A stretch of 63,831 nt of DNA, filler included, from Octopus bimaculoides (taxonomy: Eukaryota): the NCBI RefSeq assembly GCF_001194135.2. It is 6 parts of 6 records of this genome, joined end to end, with 100 filler letters (N's around TTAATTAATTAA, not from the genome) between each part and the next. Parts side by side here need not be neighbours in the genome. Positions count along the whole stretch, not along the records: positions 62,059 to 63,831 come from NW_026342506.1; 5 more parts are not named here. One strand, written 5' to 3'. Numbering within the stretch: the stretch's first letter is position 1; the number at the start of each line of letters is the position of its first letter. A model generated the notes under the pieces. It was not told the DNA's origin and ran no database searches. It saw only the letters and a program-made list of their open reading frames with translations. The position numbers and the translations under genes were made by a program. Of the stretch, positions 62,608-63,831 are shown in pieces.

Positions 62608-62826
62608 TATTCTTTTCTGCTCTAGGCACAAGGCCGGACATTTTTGAGGGAGGTAGCTAGTCGATTAGATCGATCCCAGTACGCAACTGGTACTTAATTT
62701 ATCGACCCTGAAATGATGAAAGGCAAAGTCGACCTCGGCAGAATTCGAACTCAGAACGTAACGGCGGAAGAAATACCGCTAAGCATTTCGCCCGGCGTGC
62801 TAACGTTTCTGCCCGCTCGCCGCCTT
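62608..62826 (-). mobile_element. SINE family C, full length (in the right arm of the inverted duplication)
   Basis: Complete head to tail on the minus strand. Confidence 0.92.
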
Positions 62827-62981
62827 TGTGGAATTTAACAGATTCTCTCAGGTAAAAGCCGTAGAATAAGCTAACACATGTACCTGGATCATGATTTCGA
62901 ATTCTGGCTAGAGCCTCAGTTCTCCTCAGCAGGTCTTGCTGTACTTAAAATGAAAAAAATCCATCTATATCTATATCTATA

Positions 62982-63372
62982 TAGGCGCAGGAGGGGCTGT
63001 GTGGGAAGGCGCTTTCCAACCACATGGTTCTAGGTTGAGTCTAACTGCATGGCACCTTGGGCAAATGTCTTCTACTATACCCTCAGGCTGGGCGATGTTT
63101 TGTGAGTGGATTTGATAGACGGAAACTGAAAGAAGACCGTCGTGTATCTATATGAAGATATCTATATATTTGTGTGTGTTAGCCTGCCTCAACCATTATC
63201 ATTTGACAATCGGCGTTTTGAGTTTACGTCCTCGTAATTTAGTATTTCGGCAAAATACACCGATAGATTAAGTACAAGGTTTAAAATATAGCTCCGGTGG
63301 TCGATTTGTTTGACTAAAAACCCTCCAAGGTAGTGCTCCAGCAAGGCCTCAGTCAAATGGCTGAAACAAGTC
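62982..63372 (+). mobile_element. SINE family B, full length, diverged
   Basis: AGGCGCAGGAGGGGCTGTGTGG...GCTGAAACAAGT. Confidence 0.88.
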
Positions 63373-63423
63373 CAAGCCTTGTTAGTGGATTTGGTAGACG
63401 GAAACTGAAAGAAGTCTGTCGTG

Positions 63424-63494
<71 letters not shown>

Positions 63495-63680
63495 GTATAT
63501 ATATGTATACATATATATATATATATATANNNNNNNNNNNNNNNNNNNNNNNNNNNNNNNNNNNNNNNNNNNNNNNNNNNNNNNNNNNNNNNNNNNNNNN
63601 NNNNNNNNNNNNNNNNATTTGCTCGACTAAAGGCGGTGCTCCAGCTTGGCCACAGTCAAAAGACTGAAACAAGTAAAAAA
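63373..63680 (+). mobile_element. SINE family B, 5'-truncated copy joined directly to the previous one
   Basis: Starts at the mid-element CCAAGCCTTG..AGTGGATTTGG and ends GACTGAAACAAGTAAAAAAG. Confidence 0.85.
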
Positions 63681-63831
63681 GTATATATATATATATATTT
63701 ATATAAGGGCATTACTATACAATAACGCCTCACGCCATGAGGGACTCTAAGGTCAGACTACCATAAAAAGCACATTTTTTGCCGAATGCGAGGAAATGCA
63801 ACTCTCAAAGCCAACCCCTTAAAAACAGACT

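Overview
This is AT-rich, microsatellite-dense animal genomic DNA from a gapped draft scaffold, with roughly a fifth of the bases N. Five 100-bp gaps carry an artificial TTAATTAATTAA linker. The repeat content points to an octopus (inference). No intact, recognisable protein-coding gene, tRNA/rRNA gene or CRISPR array is present. The long ORFs in the track are microsatellite or N-gap artefacts. The window is mostly explained by about 35 copies of four tRNA-headed SINE families (my labels A-D) plus decayed transposons: two Penelope-like GIY-YIG ends, a CRE-type zinc-knuckle/RLE end, mariner/Tc1 fragments, a Tc1-type MITE, and a probable RTE 3' end and 5' UTR. I found no convincing new biological system. 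The best leads are: (1) several fold-back structures, including a ~220-bp-arm inverted duplication at 62.1-62.7 kb and a cleanly inverted mariner segment at 36.5-36.9 kb; (2) hammerhead-like and HDV-like ribozyme remnants; (3) a possible minus-strand gene, with a TGACGT/Inr/YY1-like promoter signature near 50.7 kb and candidate exons at 48.4 and 35.2 kb; (4) modular domain sharing among the SINEs. All family assignments come from my own reading and recall, not from database searches.
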